DNA of 45,751 bases, taken from a virus (Duplodnaviria > Heunggongvirae > Uroviricota > Caudoviricetes). The notes beneath the pieces were generated by a model. The model was given only the letters and a program-made list of their open reading frames with translations, ran no database searches and had not been told where the DNA came from. This document shows positions 7,952-15,784 of this stretch, piece by piece. Within the stretch, counting starts at the first letter, position 1, and each line of letters begins with the position of its first letter. The position numbers were made by a program, and so were the translations under genes. The DNA lies in IMG/VR virus record IMGVR_UViG_2537561830_000004; one strand, written 5' to 3'.

Positions 7952-9022
7952 ATGGCTAACGCCTGGCTCAGATTATGGCATGACATGCCAAATGACCCTA
8001 AGTGGCGAACAATTGCCAGGGTGTCAGGGCAGCCAATTGCAACAGTGATGGCAGTGTATATCCACCTCCTGGTGAGCGCGTCACGAAATGTCACGCGAGG
8101 TCACATTGATGTCACGACAGAAGATTTGGCAAGTGCGCTCGACGTGACAGAAGAGGTAATTGATTCAATTTTGCAGACGATGCAGGGGCGGGTACTTGAT
8201 GGTGATTTAATCACTGGATGGGAAAAACGCCAGGTGCTGAAAGAGGACAACGGCAATATTTCGCAAACCGCAAAATCTCCGGCAGAGCGCAAGAGGGCGC
8301 AGCGAGAGAGGGAAAGAAAGCGGGAACAAAATGGCGATTGTCACGGCGAGTCACGAAATGTCACGCACATGTCACGACGAGTCACGACAGATAAAGATAC
8401 AGATAAAGATACAGATCAAGAAGATCAAAACACTATGGTCCATGGCGTAAAAAACGCCACGAACCAGGCAGGGGATGTTCAGACCGTCACTCCTGGCCAG
8501 CCCGCAGGCACGACACCGGAAGCCGATTCAGCGTATGCGCTGAAAGCCGATTCGGGCGCTGTGCAGCAGGTGATGACCGCAAGGCAGGAGCAATCACACC
8601 AACTTCAGCAGCCTGAAGCCGATTCCGCCATTCAGCGGGAAGCCGATCGGGTAGTCCCGGAAAACACCGGGCAGCCTGTGGGACGAGTGGATTATCCTGA
8701 TGTGTTCGAACAGATCTGGCGGGAATACCCGTTGCGTGCTGGGGCAAACCCGAAGAAATCCGCTTTCAGTGCCTGGAAGGCCAGATTACGCGAGGGGGTG
8801 TCACCAGAGGCCATGCTGGATGGCGTGAGGCGTTACGCAAGATACCTTGCGGCTACCGGGAAAACGGGAACGGAATTTGTTCAGCGAGCGACGACGTTTT
8901 TTGGACCGGACCGGAATTTTGAAAACCCCTGGCTGCTCCCGGTAAGCGGCACGAACAACCAGCGTTGTGTGAATCATATTTCTGAACCGGATACCGAAAT
9001 TCCACCGGGCTTCAGGGGGTAA
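7952..9022 (+). CDS. replication initiator (O-like) containing internal iteron arrays
   Basis: about 357 aa; AGAGG RBS then ATG at 7952; two clusters of GTCACG repeats at about 10 bp spacing inside the coding sequence; lambda O position. Confidence 0.6.
   Translation: MANAWLRLWHDMPNDPKWRTIARVSGQPIATVMAVYIHLLVSASRNVTRGHIDVTTEDLASALDVTEEVIDSILQTMQGRVLDGDLITGWEKRQVLKEDNGNISQTAKSPAERKRAQRERERKREQNGDCHGESRNVTHMSRRVTTDKDTDKDTDQEDQNTMVHGVKNATNQAGDVQTVTPGQPAGTTPEADSAYALKADSGAVQQVMTARQEQSHQLQQPEADSAIQREADRVVPENTGQPVGRVDYPDVFEQIWREYPLRAGANPKKSAFSAWKARLREGVSPEAMLDGVRRYARYLAATGKTGTEFVQRATTFFGPDRNFENPWLLPVSGTNNQRCVNHISEPDTEIPPGFRG
8080..8116. repeat. iteron cluster 1 (4 x GTCAC[G/A], 10-11 bp spacing)
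   Basis: GTCACG at 8080, 8090, 8111 and GTCACA at 8100. Confidence 0.5.
8340..8412. repeat. iteron cluster 2 (5 x GTCACG, 10-11 bp spacing) plus tandem GATAAAGATACA repeat; candidate origin
   Basis: GTCACG at 8340, 8350, 8360, 8371, 8381, followed by ACAGATAAAGATACAGATAAAGATACAGAT A-rich tract. Confidence 0.5.
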
Positions 9023-9062
9023 GTGTTGATTTCTGGTCATGAGGTAATTTTCAGGAGGACTT

Positions 9063-9485
9063 GTGGCAAAAGTTTTTACACAAGAAGAGCGAGAAAAAAT
9101 TAAAGGGCAGGTTGTTGAACTCGTACGCCAGAGTGGGCGTGAGACGTTACGGCAACTGCAAGTCAAGACAGGTGCGACAAGATATCTGATGAGCGTTCTC
9201 GCAAGAGAGCTGGTTGCCAGCGGCGATGTATACAACTCTGGTTACGGGTTATTCCCGTCTGAACAGGCGCGTAAGGACTGGCAAAATGCCCGTAAAAAGC
9301 TCTCAAGGGCAAAGCTGAAGAAACCATCTGCGGTTGATCCGGACCTTATCTGGTCATTACCTGACGGAGAAATACGTCGCTACGACAGGCGTCAGAACAT
9401 AATCTGTCGCGAGTGCCGGAAGAGTGAGGTTATGCAGCGAGTGCTGGCGTTTTATCAGGGTAATTTTCAGGAGGTGATGGCGTGA
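9063..9485 (+). CDS. hypothetical protein, possible winged-helix DNA-binding
   Basis: 140 aa ORF after the replication gene; AGGAGGA-like RBS. Confidence 0.45.
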   Translation: MAKVFTQEEREKIKGQVVELVRQSGRETLRQLQVKTGATRYLMSVLARELVASGDVYNSGYGLFPSEQARKDWQNARKKLSRAKLKKPSAVDPDLIWSLPDGEIRRYDRRQNIICRECRKSEVMQRVLAFYQGNFQEVMA

Positions 9486-9778
9486 GAGTGAGAGTCTATA
9501 TCGCCGGTCCAATGACCGGGTATAAAAATTTCAACCGTGAGGCGTTTCACAATGCGGAAGAGGAACTGAAACGGGAAGGGCATACCGTTTTAAATCCGGC
9601 TGTGCTTCCGGATGGGCTGACACAGCCGCACTACATGGATATTTGCATGGCAATGATTCGTTGTGTGGATGCGATTTACATGCTGAAAGGCTGGCAGCGG
9701 TCAGCAGGTGCTAAGGCAGAACTGGCGCTGGCGGAGAAACTGGGGCATGCAGTTATTTTCCAGGAGGAGGTACAGTGA
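9482..9778 (+). CDS. DUF4406-like protein (nucleoside 2-deoxyribosyltransferase-like fold), common in nin regions
   Basis: 98 aa; start overlaps upstream stop; motif VYIAGPMTG...LNP...WQRSAGAKAELALAEKLG. Confidence 0.55.
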   Translation: MRVRVYIAGPMTGYKNFNREAFHNAEEELKREGHTVLNPAVLPDGLTQPHYMDICMAMIRCVDAIYMLKGWQRSAGAKAELALAEKLGHAVIFQEEVQ

Positions 9779-10050
9779 ATATCGACGCAACAATGACGAT
9801 TGGTACGGCCCTCAATACGGGGCTGGCGCTTCTTGGTTGGTGCTACATCATGTTCTGCTCATGGCGGTGGCTGTCACTGATGTTACTGAAAGAATGGAAT
9901 AAACGCTGTAAACAGACGCAGCGGCAGAAGGCAATGAATGCGTTTTTTGAGACCTTCGATATTGACAGTATAGAACCAGGAGAGCCAGCTCGCGTGATTA
10001 GCAGAGGTGACGTTGTAATTCTTGTATACCGGAGTGAAGAGAAAGCATAA
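9775..10050 (+). CDS. small hypothetical membrane protein
   Basis: 91 aa; hydrophobic segment LALLGWCYIMFCSWRWLSLMLL; translationally coupled to upstream gene. Confidence 0.4.
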   Translation: MNIDATMTIGTALNTGLALLGWCYIMFCSWRWLSLMLLKEWNKRCKQTQRQKAMNAFFETFDIDSIEPGEPARVISRGDVVILVYRSEEKA

Positions 10051-10164
10051 TCCAAATCTGAATAATTAAATCCAGCACTGTAAATAAAATTTAATCCTTA
10101 ACCGGAGGGATTTCTGCACCCTCAGAACATCAGGAGGCCGCCCGAAAGGGCGGTGGAGATAATA

Positions 10165-10401
10165 ATGGAAATAACTAAAGAACGATTATTGGAAATAGCA
10201 AATCTTAGTGAAAGGGCATTAAGTGATGGGAGGATTATTTCTCCTGATGCTTATGAATCAGTTACAAGTATAGAAATAATAACGATGGCCAGGATGCTTC
10301 TTGGTTGCCTCAAAAAAGAATATAAAAAAAAGGTGGATAGCAATGCTAATATATATGATATTTTGGACAGTTGGGGGGGCTTGGGCTGCAGCTGGAAATA
10401 G
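10165..10401 (+). CDS. small hypothetical protein (low GC)
   Basis: GGTGGAG RBS then ATG at 10165; overlaps 5' end of the next gene in another frame; may be spurious. Confidence 0.2.
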   Translation: MEITKERLLEIANLSERALSDGRIISPDAYESVTSIEIITMARMLLGCLKKEYKKKVDSNANIYDILDSWGGLGCSWK

Positions 10402-10690
10402 TTCTATCAACTGGCGGCAAGTGGCTGATAAATATAAAGATGTAGTACCTCATGGTAAGAAATTACGCCGTCAGTGTGGCAACGATGAAGGTCGTATGAT
10501 TGATACCTGCATGTTGAAGCTTAAACAATATAGAATAGATGACTATGAGTTAATTATCGCTCATTTTGTTATAGGTATATCTTTGCGTACAATAGCACGA
10601 AGGTACAAATGTTCAGATGGAACAATAAGAAAGAATATACAACTTACAATGGGAGTATTGTTAGGATTGTCTTTTTATGTGCAATTATAG
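10343..10690 (+). CDS. Q-family late antiterminator-like protein (phage 21 Q / QuuD-like), low GC
   Basis: about 115 aa from the ATG at 10343; WTVGGAWAAAG ... RRQCGNDEGRMIDTCML ... VIGISLRTIARRYKCSDGTIRKNIQ pattern matches recalled Q21/QuuD; ORF track gives 10301..10690. Confidence 0.5.
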   Translation: MLIYMIFWTVGGAWAAAGNSSINWRQVADKYKDVVPHGKKLRRQCGNDEGRMIDTCMLKLKQYRIDDYELIIAHFVIGISLRTIARRYKCSDGTIRKNIQLTMGVLLGLSFYVQL

Positions 10691-10695
10691 ATATA

Positions 10696-11175
10696 TCACA
10701 TGAGCCTTGTTATGTCTTTTAGACGCGACCAGGTAGTATAAAATTTTTTAAATGTAATAAGCAGGAAAAAAATTCCCACTTGGAGTAATAGTTGGGCATA
10801 TGTGTGCTCGTCGGCATCTTTTACTAGTGGGAATTTAAACTTTAGTGTATCAGGGAAAAATAATAAAATGATAAAAATAATACAAACTGATAGTAACCAT
10901 CCCATAGTGGAGTGCATTTCTTCGGTCAGTTTTTTCAAATAACCAGTTTTTCCTATATTTCTAATTAGCGTATTATCTCTAGCTGAAGCAATCAAGGTAA
11001 GCGAACCTAAAACAAAGCCAAATAATATCCCAGAAAATGTAGAAACGGCCGAAGCGATTGGCTGAATTTGTGCAAAATTTAGCTTTGCAGAAAGAGGCCA
11101 TGCGATGATACAAAAAACAGCAGAGGCTAAATTATAACCATAACTGTACAAAGTTATCAATTTCCCCTTTTTCAT
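10696..11175 (-). CDS. small inner-membrane protein with four predicted TM helices, RexB-like
   Basis: 159 aa; four hydrophobic helices; GGAG RBS; 15 bp downstream of the 304 aa gene; about 33-35% GC; STFSGILFGFVLGSLTLIASARDNTLIRNIGKTGYL resembles recalled lambda RexB. Confidence 0.55.
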   Translation of the reverse strand: MKKGKLITLYSYGYNLASAVFCIIAWPLSAKLNFAQIQPIASAVSTFSGILFGFVLGSLTLIASARDNTLIRNIGKTGYLKKLTEEMHSTMGWLLSVCIIFIILLFFPDTLKFKFPLVKDADEHTYAQLLLQVGIFFLLITFKKFYTTWSRLKDITRLM

Positions 11176-11190
11176 ACCATCGCTCCAAAA

Positions 11191-12105
11191 TTAATCAACT
11201 CTTTGATTGGCTACTCCAAAGTATGCCTTCAATTCATCATCTTTACTATCTTTTGCAAGAGTTAAGGCGCTCCAAATGCTGCCAACTAATGGATACCTAC
11301 CTCCAAGTTCAACATCTGTGTAGTAGACTAATTTGTCTGCTACAAGATCGATAGGATGCTGTACACCGGTCTCAATGTCTTGGGTTTCTAGTTTAAGTTT
11401 TTCAACCTCAAAAGTCTCTAGTGTTTCTTTAAAGGCTCTTTTTAGTTGAGAACCTAGATAGCGAGATTCAGGATCTTCAGAACGACTATCCCCACGTAAT
11501 GTAAGATTTACTTTGGCAGAATTAGTACCATTTAGAGTGGCTATCAATGCATTGTTGAAGTTATGTTCAACATCCTCATATAGTTGCACATTCTTTGGCC
11601 GAGCGATACCGATTTCTAGAGTTTTGATTCGAACTTCATTACGCATCAACCACTTTAAACTACTGGTCTGAATGATGGGATTAACAGTTGTATTTTGTGA
11701 ACTGTTGGAAAGATATTTACTTAATAGCAACCAGCCATAACAGAGTCTGTTTCGTTGAATTATTAAAACTGAGTCTTGGGTATAAAAATGAAAATAAGCT
11801 TTTTCTAATAAGTTTTCATTGATTTCAAGTTTAATTTCTCTTTCTTCACCTCCGGCTACAGCAACATGAGGGAGATTATTGGTTCTGTGTTTTCCTATAA
11901 CTCCCCTGAAACCATAGTCGGTTCTTTCCATGAAGCGCATTTCAACTAGTTTATTTCCTATTTTACGTACAGTTTTGTCTCGGCCTTCGCTGTATGACTC
12001 AAAAATTTTTGAAAAAACAGCTTCAGGTGAATTAACTCCTGCATTTGTATCAGTGCTTATAGTGTGACATTGATAAAAATCGAAGAAAAAGCGCTTGCTA
12101 GCCAT
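11191..12105 (-). CDS. soluble 304 aa protein, candidate RexA-like sensor partner
   Basis: 304 aa, no TM segments, no recognisable NTPase or nuclease motif; co-oriented with and immediately upstream of the 4-TM gene; low GC. Confidence 0.5.
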   Translation of the reverse strand: MASKRFFFDFYQCHTISTDTNAGVNSPEAVFSKIFESYSEGRDKTVRKIGNKLVEMRFMERTDYGFRGVIGKHRTNNLPHVAVAGGEEREIKLEINENLLEKAYFHFYTQDSVLIIQRNRLCYGWLLLSKYLSNSSQNTTVNPIIQTSSLKWLMRNEVRIKTLEIGIARPKNVQLYEDVEHNFNNALIATLNGTNSAKVNLTLRGDSRSEDPESRYLGSQLKRAFKETLETFEVEKLKLETQDIETGVQHPIDLVADKLVYYTDVELGGRYPLVGSIWSALTLAKDSKDDELKAYFGVANQRVD

Positions 12106-12496
12106 TGCAAAAATTTCCTGTAAAAAATAATTACATACTTAAGATACTACAAAGAATAATGCGTACGCAAAATTTTTTGTTGAGTAGAATATGTTCGCGG
12201 GGTATTTTTCGTTAAGATATAATTACCATGGTAACTTTTGCGTTGGTAATGCATTATGTGGTGGAGAAAAAGAGAGAGTCTTATCTTTAAATTATCGCCA
12301 GCCTATATGACTATATGAGTAGTATTTAGATGGGAAATTGTTGAGTTATTGAAAGGAACCATAACCTTTATGTAAAATTACTGCGGGTGCTTGAGGTTAT
12401 CTGTCTCAGGCATGCCACCAAAAGGCAGATAGAGAAAAGCCCCAGTTAACGTTACGCGTCCTGCAAGACGTTTAACATTAATCTGAGGCTCAATCT

Positions 12497-12709
12497 ATGA
12501 ACGGCAAATCTAGGTTAGCCTCTTACGTGCCGAAAGGCAAGGAGAAGCAGGCTATGAAGCAACAAAAGGCGATGTTAATCGCCCTGATCGTCATCTGTTT
12601 AACCGTCATAGTGACGGCACTGGTAACGAGGAAAGACCTCTGCGAGGTACGAATCCGAACCGGCCAGACGGAGGTCGCTGTCTTCACAGCTTACGAACCT
12701 GAGGAGTAA
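12497..12709 (+). CDS. mok-like upstream reading frame of hok-family toxin locus
   Basis: 70 codon ORF running in frame into the hok coding sequence. Confidence 0.4.
   Translation: MNGKSRLASYVPKGKEKQAMKQQKAMLIALIVICLTVIVTALVTRKDLCEVRIRTGQTEVAVFTAYEPEE
12554..12709 (+). CDS. hok: Hok/Gef family type I toxin (small membrane-depolarising peptide)
   Basis: 51 aa MKQQKAMLIALIVICLTVIVTALVTRKDLCEVRIRTGQTEVAVFTAYEPEE, close to recalled Hok; AGGAG RBS. Confidence 0.8.
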   Translation: MKQQKAMLIALIVICLTVIVTALVTRKDLCEVRIRTGQTEVAVFTAYEPEE

Positions 12710-12777
12710 GAGACCAGGTGAGGGAGAAATCCCTCGCCACCTCTGATGAGTCAGGCATCCTCAACGCACCCGCACTT

Positions 12778-12805
12778 AACCCGCTTCGGCGGGTTTTGTT
12801 TTTTC
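12778..12805 (+). terminator. intrinsic terminator of hok mRNA (UUCG tetraloop hairpin plus U-tract)
   Basis: ACCCGC-TTCG-GCGGGT followed by TTTGTTTTTT. Confidence 0.55.
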
Positions 12806-12876
12806 CTGGCATTCTGGTTTACAATTCGCACGCCAGCCTGAACAACTGGCACCTGCTGCGCCAGCAGAGACAACCG

Positions 12877-13149
12877 ATGGCGCACAAAACCAAATTTCAC
12901 AATTCTGATACCGCCCTTGCCATCCGGCATGGGCGGCGTTCACACGCATTTAAAACCGACTGGTACCAACACCCACCATGTACTGAAGAACAGGCCGAAT
13001 GGCTAATTCATAACTACCGCAGACGCGGATACGAGATTAAGAAAGCCCTCAGCCTCGATTATCGTCACTGGATAATCTATGTCAGGCTCCCTTATTCCGA
13101 ACGCCCACCGCGTCCGTCCCGCACATTCCAGCAACGCATCTGGAGGTAA
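12877..13149 (+). CDS. hypothetical nin-region protein
   Basis: about 90 aa from the ATG at 12877, downstream of the hok terminator; stop coupled to the next gene; ORF track gives 12718..13149. Confidence 0.35.
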   Translation: MAHKTKFHNSDTALAIRHGRRSHAFKTDWYQHPPCTEEQAEWLIHNYRRRGYEIKKALSLDYRHWIIYVRLPYSERPPRPSRTFQQRIWR

Positions 13150-13150
13150 C

Positions 13151-14206
13151 GTGCGGGTATTACTTCGACCTGTTCCGGTACCGGAACTTGGGCTGGTGGT
13201 GCTAAAACCGGGCCGTGAATCCATGCAGGTATTTCATAACCCTCGAGTTCTGGTGGAGCCGGAACCGAAAAGCATGCGCGGTCTGCCGTCCGGAGTCGTT
13301 CCTGCTGTTCGCCAGCCGCTGGCGGAGGATAAATCATTACTGCCATTTTTCAGCGATGAGCGGGTGATTCGTGCTGCTGGTGGTGCTGGTGCATTGTCTG
13401 ACTGGCTGTTACGCCACGTTAAATCCTGCCAGTGGCCTCATGGTGACTACCATCACAGTGAAACCGTCATACATCGTTACGGTACCGGCGCGATGGTGTT
13501 GTGCTGGCACTGCGACAACCAGCTGCGTAACCAGACTTCCGAATCACTCGGGCAGCTTGCTCACCAAAACCTGTCAGCATGGATGATTGATGTCATCCGC
13601 CACGCAATGAATGGCACGCAGGAGCGGGAATTATCGCTGGCTGAATTATCCTGGTGGGCAACCATAAATAACGTAGCGGACGCACTACCGGAGACGGTGT
13701 TACGTCGTTCACTGGGATTACGCGCGGAAAAAATTCGCTCAGTATACCGCGAGAGCGACATCGTGCCGGGAGAGCAGACCGCCACCAGCATGCTGAAGCA
13801 GCGCACAAAAAATATTGCGCTACTGCCTCACGCCCACCAGCAAAACCCGCCACAGGAAAAGACGGTGGTAAGCATTGCCGTTGATCCGGAGTCACCGGCT
13901 CAGTATCTCCAGCGCCAGAAACCACGACGGGAAGAGATGCCTGTATACACGCGTTGGGTAAAAACGCAGAAATGCATGACGTGTGGTAATCAGGCAGATG
14001 ATCCGCATCACATCATTGGTCATGGACTGGGAGGGATGGGAACAAAGGCTGATGATTTGTTTGTTATTCCGCTGTGCCGTAAATGCCATAGCGAACTACA
14101 CGCCGGGGTAAAAGATTTTGAAGAAAAACACGGCAGCCAGCTGTTGTTGCTGATTCGTTTTTTAATGCACGCGAGAAATTCGGGTGTCCTGAAGTGGAAA
14201 GCATGA
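13151..14206 (+). CDS. DUF968-like protein with C-terminal HNH-type zinc/nuclease motif (YdfU-like)
   Basis: about 351 aa from GTG at 13151 (GGAGG RBS); C-terminus CMTCGN...HHIIGHG...PLCRKCHSELH; ORF track gives 13079..14206. Confidence 0.65.
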   Translation: MRVLLRPVPVPELGLVVLKPGRESMQVFHNPRVLVEPEPKSMRGLPSGVVPAVRQPLAEDKSLLPFFSDERVIRAAGGAGALSDWLLRHVKSCQWPHGDYHHSETVIHRYGTGAMVLCWHCDNQLRNQTSESLGQLAHQNLSAWMIDVIRHAMNGTQERELSLAELSWWATINNVADALPETVLRRSLGLRAEKIRSVYRESDIVPGEQTATSMLKQRTKNIALLPHAHQQNPPQEKTVVSIAVDPESPAQYLQRQKPRREEMPVYTRWVKTQKCMTCGNQADDPHHIIGHGLGGMGTKADDLFVIPLCRKCHSELHAGVKDFEEKHGSQLLLLIRFLMHARNSGVLKWKA

Positions 14207-14563
14207 ATGACTGAACGCATAGAATTTGTTTTGCCTTACCCGCCAACGGTGAACACTTACTGGCGACGTCGTGGCAGCACATATTTTGTATCAAAAGCCG
14301 GTGAGCGTTATCGCCGTGATGTGGCGCTTATTGTTCGCCAGCAGCGGCTGAAATTAAACCTGTCCGGAAGGCTGGCGATAAAGATTATTGCAGAGCCACC
14401 GGATAAACGTCGTCGTGACCTGGACAATATCCTGAAAGCACCACTGGATGCGCTGACGCATGCCGGACTTCTCATAGACGACGAGCAGTTTGATGAAATC
14501 AATATTGTGCGCGGTCAGCGCGTTCCTGGGGGGGCGGCTGGGCGTGAAGATTTACAAAATTGA
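14207..14563 (+). CDS. rusA: RusA-family Holliday junction resolvase
   Basis: 118 aa; YPPTVNTYW ... RRRDLDNILKAPLDALT matches recalled RusA; ATGA overlap with upstream gene. Confidence 0.85.
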   Translation: MTERIEFVLPYPPTVNTYWRRRGSTYFVSKAGERYRRDVALIVRQQRLKLNLSGRLAIKIIAEPPDKRRRDLDNILKAPLDALTHAGLLIDDEQFDEINIVRGQRVPGGAAGREDLQN

Positions 14564-14569
14564 GAGTGA

Positions 14570-15124
14570 GTGATCGTAAATATGATATACCCGGAAATTA
14601 CAGGCAAAAGCGGCGAGCATTTACGTCTAAAAACGCTGGAAGCCGTCTGGATCCAGGGGAAATTACGGATGTGGGGGCGTTGGTCGTATATAGGTGGTGG
14701 CAAACCAGGAAATATGTTCAATCAGTTGCTGGCATCCAAAAAACTGACAAAAACCGCAATCAATGAAGCCCTGCGTAGAATCAGGGAGTCAGGGATTGAT
14801 AAACCAGAGCTGGAAGCATTCTTGCGAGAGATGATCGCTGGCAGACAGAAGAGCTGGTTGTCTCACTGTACTGATGCAGAGGCGTTACGCATTGATGGGG
14901 TGATAAGTAAAGCGCTTGCACGTTATCCTGGATTGATTGATATCCTGCGGCAAAGGTACGAAGGGCGGGGGATGAGTAAACGCAAAATGGCTGAATTGTT
15001 GAATGAGGTTCACCCTGAGTGGTGCTATGCAACATGCCGCAATCGTATAGATATGTGGCTGAGAATAGCTGAGTTTATTCTGTATCCACTGATGCGAGAT
15101 GCATTTTCTTTTACTGACGCTTAG
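14570..15124 (+). CDS. Q-family late antiterminator-like protein (canonical position upstream of late region)
   Basis: 184 aa; MWGRWS and CTDAEALRIDG ... RIDMWLRIAEFIL share pattern with the 10343..10690 protein; followed by promoter-like sequence and a terminator. Confidence 0.5.
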   Translation: MIVNMIYPEITGKSGEHLRLKTLEAVWIQGKLRMWGRWSYIGGGKPGNMFNQLLASKKLTKTAINEALRRIRESGIDKPELEAFLREMIAGRQKSWLSHCTDAEALRIDGVISKALARYPGLIDILRQRYEGRGMSKRKMAELLNEVHPEWCYATCRNRIDMWLRIAEFILYPLMRDAFSFTDA

Positions 15125-15290
15125 AATCTGGAGGGCGTTTGTTGTTGCACGAAGAGGATTTTTGGCTGGTAGTAAGGTTTGTGCAGTTTTAGAAAAAAAG
15201 CTTGTATTTTTAGCCATAAACTGTTTCAATCCAGCTACGCTTCGCAAAGCTGTACCGCGAGGCGAATAGCAGACATGGACACCTGAAAGA

Positions 15291-15314
15291 ACCCGCTTTA
15301 TGCGGGTTTTTTTA
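15291..15314 (+). terminator. tR'-like intrinsic terminator downstream of Q
   Basis: ACCCGC-TTTAT-GCGGGT followed by TTTTTTT, about 165 nt after the Q-like stop. Confidence 0.55.
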
Positions 15315-15436
15315 TGCCTGAAAAACGGCACAGAACATTAAACGCGCTGGTAGTTGTGAATACTGGTCTTTCAGCTTGCTGGCTTTTTCGACAAGAGGTA
15401 TTGGTATGTCACGTTAACCAGAAAAGGGAAAAAGGC

Positions 15437-15634
15437 ATGCTAAAACAGCAGGATATGACCGAAACCGCCAGAGTGGTGTTTAATGAATTAAGCGTCACCG
15501 AACCGGCGACCGTCGGGGAAATTGCGCAGAATACTTACCTTTCACGCGAACGCTGCCAGTTAATACTGACTCAGCTTGTTATGGCGGGTCTGGCAGATTA
15601 TCAGTTCGGTTGTTACAGACGCCTTCCGCAGTGA
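15437..15634 (+). CDS. small hypothetical protein, possible HTH
   Basis: about 65 aa from the ATG at 15437; ORF track gives 15314..15634 starting inside the terminator. Confidence 0.3.
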   Translation: MLKQQDMTETARVVFNELSVTEPATVGEIAQNTYLSRERCQLILTQLVMAGLADYQFGCYRRLPQ

Positions 15635-15784
15635 AGGCTTTTTAATTTGTGGTAATGGGCGGCTGGTGGGTGTTAGCGGCACCTGCCAGCCATCTGCTCA
15701 TGCGTTGGGGTCACAAGCAAACCTCAGGCCCATCTGCTTTGCGCAAAAGCGGTATGAGCCTATCAGAGAAGTGCTTATTGATCT

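Noticed and set aside
10153-10401. Possible frameshifted Q gene spanning the G7 tract at about 10372-10378 (joining the 82 aa and 129 aa ORFs)
   Set aside because: The downstream frame alone, starting at the ATG at 10343, gives a Q21-length protein whose N-terminus aligns with recalled Q21. No frameshift is needed, so the upstream 82 aa ORF is more likely separate or spurious. The homopolymer could still be a sequencing error hotspot.
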